Shown here: piece by piece, positions 1 to 8,667 of the stretch | Layout of the letters: each line of letters begins with the position of its first letter | How positions within the stretch are numbered: the first letter of the stretch is position 1 | Virus record (IMG/VR): IMGVR_UViG_3300030618_000005 | Direction: 5' to 3' (one strand) | DNA: 17,935 nt | Origin: a virus | Taxonomy: Duplodnaviria; Heunggongvirae; Uroviricota; Caudoviricetes | Notes under the pieces: model-generated | What the model was told of the DNA's origin: nothing | What the model saw: the letters and a program-made list of their open reading frames with translations, nothing else | Database searches by the model: none | Position numbers and translations under genes: made by a program

Positions 1-2
1 TA

Positions 3-2024
3 GTTGCTGGTACCGCTAATCAGCTTGCCTTCTACACTTCAGATGGTTTGAGTGTTCAGGGCGGAGCTAACAGTAGTGCGCCAACTTTCAACAATGCTAA
101 CCAATCCGACCAGTATGATTCCTTCTGGGCCGGAACACTTTCCATTGGCTTCCCGTTCCAACACCCAGTAACGCTCCCTTCGAGCACTTTCTATCCGAAC
201 ATAAGCGACTACAACTACTTCCAGAACTGGAACGTGCTGTCGCTGAATGGGACTATTCAGGGTTCTGGTTTCTCCCTCGGCAACGAGGGGGGATGGACTG
301 TAGGTAAGGGCTTCGTCACCCAGTTCAACTCGGGCGTGCGAGGAATCCACCAGAGCATATCGCACATCATCCATAAGCACGCAACCGGTGACACAGCGGC
401 CACGTATGGCTATGTGTTCACGGACGGCGGTGTGTCAGCGGCGTCAGACGAAGGCGTAACTGGTACGCAGTCAGAGTTGAATGAGAACTTCGGCTATTAC
501 CACGGTACGGTTGTCTCCTCAACAGGAGTGAACGACCGCGCCCCTGTGTGGAGCGCAGCAACGTCCGGCAACAACTGGACGACTGACGGCGCGTTCATGC
601 TGAACATCAGCCGACCGATCTGTACGACTCGCTGTGCAGGCTCTACTACCGATGTGGTGTTTACGATCAACGGCACTCCAACCAGCACGTATTTTTTCCA
701 AATGCCGACGACTACGGGAACACTTCCTGTATCGACTGCTATCGGGTATCAGTTTGTCCCGAACTGGAGCAGCGCCGAGACGTACACTAACCGAGAGATT
801 GTGTTATTCACTGATGGTCACGTTTACCAGTCCACAGGAAATGGAAACCTCGATAACACTCCTGCTATCGGCGGTACTGCCTTCTGGCAAGATGCAGGTC
901 TTGAGAGTGCGAACAACTGGCTTGGTATTCCTAATCAGCAGTGTACGACGGACTCACCGGTGCCTTGCACATTCAGTGTTGCCCTTGTAACCTTCAACGG
1001 GAACACCAATGGCTTTAGTGTAGGTGACCACATCTCAGTAGCAGGTAGCAACTATCCAGAACAGTCAGTGGTGACAGCCGTGACTACGACTGGCAGTGGA
1101 ACCAATATCACTCAGCGTGTAACGTGCTTGCTGCGTAATCCTAACTTCTTGGTTACGTTATTCAAGGGCGGAGTTGCTGGTGGGTACATTAGTTCGGCAG
1201 CTAACCTTGCTTTCTCTGGAATGCGTTCGAGCTACTACGCGTTCGGTTCTTTGGACGGCGTGAATCTCATCTACGGCCTTCAGGTCGGCGGTGGTATTCA
1301 GTTCAACCACTTGCCCCAAGCTGGCAGCGAACAGTGGGCATTCGACGGCTCTGCGGAAGCTGAGTTCACCGTTTACCCCGGCGCAGAGATTGTCAGCAAC
1401 CCGGACTACTACAACCCAGCCGGTCATATTGAGCAGAACAACGTTCCGTGGACAGCAGGAGACCTAGTAGAGAATCCGCACTACCCTGTATTTGGAGGTA
1501 CCGCAGCTTGGTTTACCAAACAGCAGACAACGCCTTCAAACTCTAGTCACGGTAGTTCCGGCATACAACTCACCGTTGGCGGTGGTGGATGGGCCGGTGG
1601 GAATACAGCCCACATCAACCTCATCAACGAGAACCCCGTATCGTACTACCAAAACGGTGGAGTAGCCGCTAACACTTTGTTCGCACCGGCTTGCCTACAG
1701 ATGCAAGGCCCGTACAGTCAAGGTGTGTATTTCAGTAATGCACCTCAACCCCTTGGGCAAGCCACTGCTGTCATATACGTTGCTAATCCATTCGTAGCGG
1801 GCAACCCTACTCCTGAGGACGTTACTGTCATCCGCGTGGCTTACGCTGGGCAACTGGACTTGTCACCGTCACTAGGCCGCTGGTCAGTCGATGGCGACTT
1901 CCAATGCAACACGTATTGGACAAACGTAGGAGGCACTATCTACGAAGGCGCAAGTGGCACGTTCGTTAGTCAGGACAGTAAGACAGTGACCGTACACAAC
2001 GGACTTATAACAGGCATCGTGTAA
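3..2024 (+). CDS. Tail fibre / tail spike protein (5'-truncated at window edge) with an internal CBM5/12-like module
   Basis: The frame is open from position 3 (VAGTANQLAFYTSDGLSVQG...), so the track's TTG start at 48 is not the real start. G/S/T/N-rich beta-type composition. A W-x5-Y...V...G-x-x-Y...P...W motif lies at 765-887. The C-terminus SGTFVSQDSKTVTVHNGLITGIV resembles a common phage spike/fibre C-terminal motif. It lies directly upstream of an ejection-protein-like cassette. Confidence 0.7.
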   Translation, partial: VAGTANQLAFYTSDGLSVQGGANSSAPTFNNANQSDQYDSFWAGTLSIGFPFQHPVTLPSSTFYPNISDYNYFQNWNVLSLNGTIQGSGFSLGNEGGWTVGKGFVTQFNSGVRGIHQSISHIIHKHATGDTAATYGYVFTDGGVSAASDEGVTGTQSELNENFGYYHGTVVSSTGVNDRAPVWSAATSGNNWTTDGAFMLNISRPICTTRCAGSTTDVVFTINGTPTSTYFFQMPTTTGTLPVSTAIGYQFVPNWSSAETYTNREIVLFTDGHVYQSTGNGNLDNTPAIGGTAFWQDAGLESANNWLGIPNQQCTTDSPVPCTFSVALVTFNGNTNGFSVGDHISVAGSNYPEQSVVTAVTTTGSGTNITQRVTCLLRNPNFLVTLFKGGVAGGYISSAANLAFSGMRSSYYAFGSLDGVNLIYGLQVGGGIQFNHLPQAGSEQWAFDGSAEAEFTVYPGAEIVSNPDYYNPAGHIEQNNVPWTAGDLVENPHYPVFGGTAAWFTKQQTTPSNSSHGSSGIQLTVGGGGWAGGNTAHINLINENPVSYYQNGGVAANTLFAPACLQMQGPYSQGVYFSNAPQPLGQATAVIYVANPFVAGNPTPEDVTVIRVAYAGQLDLSPSLGRWSVDGDFQCNTYWTNVGGTIYEGASGTFVSQDSKTVTVHNGLITGIV

Positions 2025-2032
2025 CAAACCAA

Positions 2033-2058
2033 GGGGCAGAACATCGCCCCGCAATTTT
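2033..2058 (+). terminator. Weak hairpin (GGGGC...GCCCC) followed by AATTTT; possible leaky terminator or mRNA-processing stem
   Basis: GGGGC 2033-2037 pairs with GCCCC 2046-2050 in the intergenic gap after the tail fibre stop. The U-tract is short and displaced. Confidence 0.3.
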
Positions 2059-2069
2059 AGAAAGGCATC

Positions 2070-2453
2070 ATGGTAACGGACAGACTGTTAGAGGAGAGCG
2101 ATCTTTCCTTGCTAGAGCTGAGCTTGTCTCAGGATGAGTATCATAGCGAGACAGGACCAGAGTTCTTCATTGAACCCGGCACAGCCACAAAAGTCTACGA
2201 AGACGAGAGCGGGCCAATTCTTTTCGTCAAAGGAACCCCGGCGCTCAGGATCGACATTCAGTTCCTAGACAACAATGATGCACGAAGAAACATCAAGTGC
2301 ATGACAGAGGGCTTCCCGCCACTCGCTGCGAAGGCGCGAGAGAACGGGTTCAAGGAAGTCATCTTCAACACGAGCAACCCACTGCTCAAAGCTTTCTGCA
2401 TCAAACGCTTCGGTTTTGTCGAGAGCGAAGGCGAACTAAGGAAGTTCATCTAA
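2070..2453 (+). CDS. GNAT-fold acetyltransferase-like virion assembly protein (positional analogue of T7 gp13 / P22 gp14)
   Basis: 127 aa with RBS AGAAAGG. The C-terminal A-x-x-x-GF-x-x-V-x-F-x-T-x-N-x-x-L-x-x-F-x-x-KR-x-GF pattern is typical of the GNAT C-terminal motif. It sits immediately before three internal-virion-like genes. Confidence 0.55.
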   Translation: MVTDRLLEESDLSLLELSLSQDEYHSETGPEFFIEPGTATKVYEDESGPILFVKGTPALRIDIQFLDNNDARRNIKCMTEGFPPLAAKARENGFKEVIFNTSNPLLKAFCIKRFGFVESEGELRKFI

Positions 2454-3319
2454 TGAAAATTTACACACGACTTGACTACATCTGGGACGGACACCAGTAC
2501 AAGCTTGACACCTTCGACGCTTTCGAGTACACTGGAACAGTCGAACTCCTTTGTGGGGCTACCTCGGCACAGAACAATGTGCAGGCACAGCAGGCGACCG
2601 CTTACCAGCAGATGACACAGCAGGCCAGCCAAGTCTTCGGCAACGCCTCCAGCGTCTTCAACCAACTTCAGAGCACCTTCGCTCCGACTGTGGCCGCAGG
2701 GCCAAGTCAGCAGGGCTTCAGCGCGGGCGAGGTATCAGACCTCAACTCTCAGGCCATCACCCAGAACGGTCGAGCTTATACGAACGCCAAGGAAGCGGCA
2801 GGCGAGGCAGAGGCAGCGCAGGGCGGCGGTAACAACGCGGCTCTCCAGAGTGGAACTAACGCAGGAGTCAACGCGAACATCGCGGTCTCCAGCGCAAACA
2901 ATACGGCCAACGAACTCGGACAGATCACAGAGAACAACTATGCGACTGGCCGACAGAACTACCAAGCAGCGGTCCAAGGACTAGCGGGCGCTGACCAAGC
3001 GTTCAACCCGGCGACTTCGGCGGGCAGCGCGGCGACGGGTGCGGGTGCGGCGAGTGCTAGTACTGCCAACCAGATTGCAACGCAGAACAACTCGTGGATG
3101 CAGGCGGTCAGTGGTGCTCTCGGCGGTGTAGCAGGCAGCCTTGTAAGCGGCGGTCTAGGTAGTCTTATGGGCAGCGGCGGCAGCAGCCCAGCCTCGGGTG
3201 GGTTTACCGGTGAAGGTGTAGCCGACTCCCTGTCGGGTGGCAACTGGATGACAGCGGGCAGCGCGGCGGCACCGTCAGTGAACGTATCCAGCATGGGTAG
3301 CTCCGTGCCGACATTCTAA
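2453..3319 (+). CDS. Internal virion / DNA ejection protein 1 (288 aa) with a distinct 35-aa N-terminal leader-like segment
   Basis: A TAATG stop/start overlap at 2451-2455 supports the ATG at 2453 rather than the track's 2297. The body is Q/A/G/S/N-rich with a glycine-rich hydrophobic segment (WMQAVSGALGGVAGSLVSGGLGSLMG). First of three large genes after the GNAT-like gene. Confidence 0.65.
   Translation: MKIYTRLDYIWDGHQYKLDTFDAFEYTGTVELLCGATSAQNNVQAQQATAYQQMTQQASQVFGNASSVFNQLQSTFAPTVAAGPSQQGFSAGEVSDLNSQAITQNGRAYTNAKEAAGEAEAAQGGGNNAALQSGTNAGVNANIAVSSANNTANELGQITENNYATGRQNYQAAVQGLAGADQAFNPATSAGSAATGAGAASASTANQIATQNNSWMQAVSGALGGVAGSLVSGGLGSLMGSGGSSPASGGFTGEGVADSLSGGNWMTAGSAAAPSVNVSSMGSSVPTF
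2505..2533 (+). promoter_or_regulatory. Sigma70-type promoter, intragenic (TTGACA-N17-TACACT)
   Basis: TTGACA at 2505-2510, exact 17-nt spacer, TACACT at 2528-2533. Both hexamers are identical to those at 9781-9809. Confidence 0.45.
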
Positions 3320-3329
3320 GAAAGGTATC

Positions 3330-5786
3330 ATGAGCCAGCCTAACGGACAGAACGACCAGCAGCAGCCTATCCCAGCTCCTAACCAGAACTGGACAGGTGA
3401 CAACACACAGGCCCCGGCACCCAATCAGGCAGCTACCCTCCCTGACGCCGGGGACGCAACCTCAGTAAACGCCTCAGGCGCGTCCGATACCCCCGGAACA
3501 CCCAACCCTACCTCCCAGACCCCTCAGGGGCAAGGAAGTGGCAATGCGGGCCAGCAACCGGCATCTCAGGATCAGGGTGGACCCCAAGTGGGACCGAACA
3601 CCCCTCCTGCGGATAAATCCGGTTCCTCTCAGGGCCTTCCGGCCAACGATCCGAACAACCCAGCTACCCACCCCCTAGTCAAGGCAGGCGGGATCATCCA
3701 CTCGATTGCTCAGGCACTCGGCGGCGGTCCGCGTATCCAGACGACGTTTGACCCGAACACCGGAAAGCGTATCGATACGCCAGTCCAGATGTCGAACGGC
3801 CAGATCGGGAAAGCCATCGCTATCGCGGCTCTTACCGGCGCACTCAGCGGCCTAGGCGAAAAGGGACCGGGTGCAGAGGGTCGCGCAGCGGCGGGCGGTG
3901 CTCAGCAGGTCATGGCACAGCGTCAGCAGCAGGATGCCCAGCAGCAGGCTCAGGCAGCTCAGGATCAGGCACGTCAGGCTCAGGTCACCCAGACCAACTT
4001 CCAGACACATCAGAACGCACTACGCACGTCGGTCATGGAGCAGCAGTATCATCAGCAGCTCTCGGATGTCGCCAAGCCAATCCTTGAAAATGTAAATGCA
4101 GTCGGCGCGGCACTAGAATCCGGCGTTCACGAAAGTGACCTTCTGTCCAAGTACCATGTGACGAAGGATATGGCGATCCCTGACGGTGTGGTTCAGGTAG
4201 GCAAGAACCCAGACGGCAGTGACCACTACGAGAATACTTACACCGTCATCGATCCTCAAAAGAAGATCGAGCTTCCACAGCAGACGGCCAAGCTTCTCGC
4301 GGATATGCGTATCCCCGGCTACTTCACTCTGGACGACAAGGGCAACGCAGTGCCGAAGAACTTCACGGGCAGCGCCGGTATCAAGGCGGGTCTCGTTGTT
4401 GGCGGTATGGCGATTGCTCAGGGCTACCAGATCACAGAGAATCAGATCAACAAGCAGTTCGCACAGTTGAAGGGCGGGGACGCTGAGGCAACTCAGTTCG
4501 ATGCAAACCTTCGCCAGTCACTCGCATCAGGTGATATCACTCCTACCGGATTGAAGATCATCGGCCAGTACTCGAACGTCCCGTTCGACAAGGCTGTGGA
4601 CATGATGGAGAAGAACAAGGTTGATCCTAACGTCATCGCACAGTACCGCAACCTTATCCCGCAGGATGCCTTCAAGCAATCCGCTGATAAGACGGCGGCA
4701 GATGAGGCAGTCCGTAAGGCTCAAGCAGCGGTAACCGAGAAGGCAGCAGTCCTTCCTCTTGAGGAAGCTTCGAAGCGTCGTGAAGAGCAGACCGCAGCGT
4801 ACATCAAGTCAGCTTCCGTCTACAAGGACGAGGCAAGCCGTACGCAGGCATCTATTGACACGAATGTCAAGAACGGGATTCCTGCAAAGGGTAAGGCTTC
4901 GGGTTCGGATGCTATCGACAACCTGACCCACCCAGAGCTTGCATCGACGATCACTGATGCGAACTACAAGAACCCTGATGGTGTAAACCATGCGTTCTTG
5001 GATGCGTTGGCGAAAATCGATCCAGAGCGTGCGAAGTACATTCAGGCGATTGCATCTGGTAAGGACATCCAGAGCTTGTATGCCGGTGCGAAGAAGTTCG
5101 GCGGAAGTATCAACGCCGATGTTCACGCATACGATCCAAGCTTCAACATGACCGACATGAACTCTTACGCCAAGACCGCACAGGAGTACGCGGGCGTCGG
5201 CAAGGGAGCAAAGACTAGCGCAGCAGCCTCGACGTACCTTGAGCACTTGGGACGTACGTGGGACGCATACCACGCTAACCCACTTGCAGCCGTCAACGGC
5301 TACAGCGGTGCTTACAACACGATGGCGAACAAGGCCGGTGAAGAGTCAGCCTCTTTCTACGCGAACGGTAACAAACCGGGCGAGGCAGAACTTGCGCACT
5401 CCCATCACGACTTCTTCCCAGTTGGCGACGACGGTAAGACTCAGAGTGCTACGAAGGCATTGCTCACCGTGCCGGACAGCATGAAGACCTCAGCCCGCGC
5501 AGCACTGGATAAGATCGAAGAGAACTACCGTCAGTACGACGGCTCTTTGCCAAAGATGATCGAGCGTAAGAAGCCAGTCTCAGTCGATGCCGCTCAGCAG
5601 TACAAGCGTGTGACGGGTGAAGACATACCGGACTACCTCGTCGATCACAAGACGTTCTCTCGTGGCGGCTATGGGCAGAACTCAGGCCAGCCAGCACGCC
5701 AGCTACCTGATGGCGCTAAGGCTATCCGCGATGCGCAGAAGAACGTCGTGGGCTATCAGCTCAACGGCGCGAACACGCTCTTCTAA
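3330..5786 (+). CDS. Internal virion / DNA ejection protein 2 (818 aa)
   Basis: RBS AGAAAGG. It has a P/Q/N-rich disordered N-terminus, a glycine-rich hydrophobic segment (IAIAALTGALSGLG), a Q-rich coiled coil and a largely helical body. Position in the cassette fits. Confidence 0.6.
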   Translation: MSQPNGQNDQQQPIPAPNQNWTGDNTQAPAPNQAATLPDAGDATSVNASGASDTPGTPNPTSQTPQGQGSGNAGQQPASQDQGGPQVGPNTPPADKSGSSQGLPANDPNNPATHPLVKAGGIIHSIAQALGGGPRIQTTFDPNTGKRIDTPVQMSNGQIGKAIAIAALTGALSGLGEKGPGAEGRAAAGGAQQVMAQRQQQDAQQQAQAAQDQARQAQVTQTNFQTHQNALRTSVMEQQYHQQLSDVAKPILENVNAVGAALESGVHESDLLSKYHVTKDMAIPDGVVQVGKNPDGSDHYENTYTVIDPQKKIELPQQTAKLLADMRIPGYFTLDDKGNAVPKNFTGSAGIKAGLVVGGMAIAQGYQITENQINKQFAQLKGGDAEATQFDANLRQSLASGDITPTGLKIIGQYSNVPFDKAVDMMEKNKVDPNVIAQYRNLIPQDAFKQSADKTAADEAVRKAQAAVTEKAAVLPLEEASKRREEQTAAYIKSASVYKDEASRTQASIDTNVKNGIPAKGKASGSDAIDNLTHPELASTITDANYKNPDGVNHAFLDALAKIDPERAKYIQAIASGKDIQSLYAGAKKFGGSINADVHAYDPSFNMTDMNSYAKTAQEYAGVGKGAKTSAAASTYLEHLGRTWDAYHANPLAAVNGYSGAYNTMANKAGEESASFYANGNKPGEAELAHSHHDFFPVGDDGKTQSATKALLTVPDSMKTSARAALDKIEENYRQYDGSLPKMIERKKPVSVDAAQQYKRVTGEDIPDYLVDHKTFSRGGYGQNSGQPARQLPDGAKAIRDAQKNVVGYQLNGANTLF

Positions 5787-5799
5787 GGAAAGGTAATAC

Positions 5800-8667
5800 A
5801 TGAGTCAGCCAAACGGCCAGCAGCTTCCTGCTGGATACACAGTCGATGACTCCCCGGCACCGGCCTCTTCACAGGGGTCGGCTTTGCCACAGGGATATAC
5901 AGTTGACGACGCACCACATGACGCACAGCAGGCCCCGGCTATCCACGTAGGTGGAATCGATCCTAACGCGCCTTGGTATGACCGCATCGGTCAGGGTGTG
6001 CAGGACTTGACTAGCCGCGCAGAAGCAGTTGGCAACGGCATGGGCCAAGGACTCACGAGCACCCTTCAGGGCGCAGCATCAATCGCCAATAAGGTTGGAC
6101 AGCATACTGTCGGTCACGATATTGTGCCGAAGACTGTTACAGATTCATTGAACGAGGGACAGCAGCGCCTTCAGGAGCAGAACCGCGAGAACCCCGGTCT
6201 CAACGAGATGGGCTATGGCGGAGAAACCCTCATGGAGTTCCTTGGCGGCGAAGCAGCCTTCAAGGGCCTAGCGATGGGCGACAAGCTCCAGAAGATGTCG
6301 CAGGTCTTCAAAGTCATCGAGCAGTCACCCCGACTAATGAACGCTCTCAAACTGGGCACCGCAGGCATGAAGGCAGCAGCAGAGCTTTCTCCTGAGGAAG
6401 CACAGCTCGTTCAGCAGTACCCCAAAATAGCAAAGCTCATCGGCATTGGTTCTGAGGCGTTACGCGCAGGCACAGTGCAGGGAGCGCAGACGTTCGACCG
6501 AACTGGGGGAGACCTTGGAGCAGCCGCGAAGTCTGGTGCAGAGATGGCCGGTACCGCAGGCGTACTCGGTACGGTGGGTGCAGGACTGGGAGCAGGGGCG
6601 AAGGCAGTCGGAAAAGCTATTGGCAAGGTTGGTGAAACCGCAGGAGACCTCGCGGACGCAACCAACGCAGCGCCGGACAGCCTCACAGTAGGCCAGCGCA
6701 TTCAGGGTGCATTGCAGAATGCGAAGGACAAGCTCCACGCGAACTACGAGACTGGTATTCAGGACTTGCAAGGGCGACTAGGAGACGCAACAGCTCCCGC
6801 CGACGAGACCTCGCCAATCGCGCAGAAGGCCAAAGAACTTCTTCAAGACCCGGACCCAGAGGATCACCCTCTGACCACGGGCGCTAAGGAAGTCTCAGGC
6901 GAGAAGCTTTCACCTAAGACTCGCGCTCTACTTGAGATGGCAGCCAGCGGTAAGGCACCCGTCACGGAAGAGGCTGAAGAGGCCGCCGCAGAAGCGAATA
7001 AGAACAAGCCGACTATCCTAGGTGCGGACGGTAAGGCCGTCGAGCAGCCGGATGTAGAGCCAAAGCAGGAAGACCTGCCGGATTGGAACATTGAGAACCT
7101 AGTGCGCTTCCGCCAGACTGTTGGCAAAGCCGCACGTGACTCGGTTCCGGGCAGCCCTGACCAGCGTGCGTTGAATGCCCTCCTATGGGATGGCTCAGCG
7201 AACGGCGGTGCAGGCGGTTCCGCAATCGACGACACGATCCAGAACATCGCGGAGAACTCGGACCATCCAGAGGCCGCGCAAGCTCTTGATGATTATCAGG
7301 CTCTCCGCAATAACTACCGCCAGCAGATCGGGCGCTACGATAACCCAATCATCAAGCGACTGATGGAGGGTAAGTCAGACGAAGCAGCCAGTGCGTTCCT
7401 TCGCTACAAAAGCGCCTCGGGCGCACCGAAGGGCGGTGCAAAGGACTTCAACCTAGACAACCTCCAGCAGATCATTGGACCTGAGGCTAGTCGTAACTTC
7501 GCCAAGGATGTGTTCAGCAACCTGCTACAGAAGACCTCGGACAACGGCCAATTCAACGCGGCCAAGTTCACCGGTCTATGGAACAAGCTCACTGATGAGA
7601 CCAAGGAGAACTTCTTCGGAGCTAACGCACCGACGATTGGACCCAAGGACTACATGGAGAGTTTGGCAGGCGATGCTAAGACCGTGAAGAACCTTCAGCT
7701 ACTCAACCGTGCCGGACTCATCGGCGGAGTTGGTGCAGCGGCGGGTACGATCTCACCGGTCGCGGGCGCGGGCCTCTCCACACTTCTGGCATTCGTTGCA
7801 GGGCATGAGGGCGGCGTAGGTGGCATCCAGCACGGTCGAGAACTCATAGACTTCGTTGCGAATCATCCTAAGACGTGGGCAGGATTCCGTGCAGCAGGTA
7901 AGCTTGCTGAGAAGGGTGATCTTGGTACAGCCGGTCCCGGCGCATTCGTGCGTGACGCGGGCACAGGTGCTAAGAACATCATCAAAGCGGGCGCTAACGC
8001 TGCAATAGCTCCGGGCGCACAGCAGCCTACTCTCAACGAACCGGTCCCTAGTGACAACAACGACTCAGCGCCGACGTACGGTGACCCTAAGGGGGCAACC
8101 CTACCACCGGCCCTAGAGAACGTGCAGCACGCCGTACAGCCCACCATAGTACAAGGTCAGGGCGGCACAGCGGTTGACGGTCGCGGTTCAGTCGCAGAAG
8201 TAGATCAGGGCGCTGGCAACAACACCATCCGCATCAACAACCAGCAGGCGTACGACGACAACAAGGCGTCTACGACCGCGCATGAACTAACGCACGTGTG
8301 GCAGAACAACCTCCCGCCTAGCATTCAGGCGAAGATTCCTGCCGATCCTCAGAACGGTTCCGCGTTCGATATCTCTGACGTTGACAGCCTGCGCAAGCAG
8401 GGCAAGACGATGACCGATATCCCACGTGAGAAGCAGGCTACGATTGTCCAGAAGTACACGCAGGGTGATGCCAAAACAAAGGCCCGCCTACAGCCGTGGC
8501 TCGACGACATCGAGAAGACACCTCTCTCCAGCAACAAGATGGAGACAGATGCCAAGGGCAACCTGAAGATCACGCCACGAGCACCCGGACTTCCACCTTC
8601 GTCGGTGGCCGGTATGCGCGGACTTGGCACGGACGACAAACCCAAGCCAAAGAAAAAGAGTAGCTAA
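5800..8667 (+). CDS. Internal virion / DNA ejection protein 3 (955 aa) with C-terminal zincin (HExxH) metallopeptidase-like domain
   Basis: RBS GGAAAGG. N-terminal LPxGYTVDD occurs twice; a glycine-rich hydrophobic segment lies near 7710-7800. TTAHELTHVWQ (HELTH at 8281-8295) is followed by REKQATIVQKY (Glu at 8428-8430), matching a zincin HExxH...E arrangement. Confidence 0.65.
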   Translation: MSQPNGQQLPAGYTVDDSPAPASSQGSALPQGYTVDDAPHDAQQAPAIHVGGIDPNAPWYDRIGQGVQDLTSRAEAVGNGMGQGLTSTLQGAASIANKVGQHTVGHDIVPKTVTDSLNEGQQRLQEQNRENPGLNEMGYGGETLMEFLGGEAAFKGLAMGDKLQKMSQVFKVIEQSPRLMNALKLGTAGMKAAAELSPEEAQLVQQYPKIAKLIGIGSEALRAGTVQGAQTFDRTGGDLGAAAKSGAEMAGTAGVLGTVGAGLGAGAKAVGKAIGKVGETAGDLADATNAAPDSLTVGQRIQGALQNAKDKLHANYETGIQDLQGRLGDATAPADETSPIAQKAKELLQDPDPEDHPLTTGAKEVSGEKLSPKTRALLEMAASGKAPVTEEAEEAAAEANKNKPTILGADGKAVEQPDVEPKQEDLPDWNIENLVRFRQTVGKAARDSVPGSPDQRALNALLWDGSANGGAGGSAIDDTIQNIAENSDHPEAAQALDDYQALRNNYRQQIGRYDNPIIKRLMEGKSDEAASAFLRYKSASGAPKGGAKDFNLDNLQQIIGPEASRNFAKDVFSNLLQKTSDNGQFNAAKFTGLWNKLTDETKENFFGANAPTIGPKDYMESLAGDAKTVKNLQLLNRAGLIGGVGAAAGTISPVAGAGLSTLLAFVAGHEGGVGGIQHGRELIDFVANHPKTWAGFRAAGKLAEKGDLGTAGPGAFVRDAGTGAKNIIKAGANAAIAPGAQQPTLNEPVPSDNNDSAPTYGDPKGATLPPALENVQHAVQPTIVQGQGGTAVDGRGSVAEVDQGAGNNTIRINNQQAYDDNKASTTAHELTHVWQNNLPPSIQAKIPADPQNGSAFDISDVDSLRKQGKTMTDIPREKQATIVQKYTQGDAKTKARLQPWLDDIEKTPLSSNKMETDAKGNLKITPRAPGLPPSSVAGMRGLGTDDKPKPKKKSS

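Noticed and set aside
2297-2452. N-terminal extension of the 340-aa track ORF
   Set aside because: It overlaps the GNAT-like gene out of frame. The TAATG junction at 2451-2455 gives a better start.
4855-4870. Perfect palindrome TTGACA-cgaa-TGTCAA (operator-like, contains a -35 on both strands)
   Set aside because: It lies deep inside a CDS, is a single copy, and has no -10 at the right spacing. It is compatible with chance.
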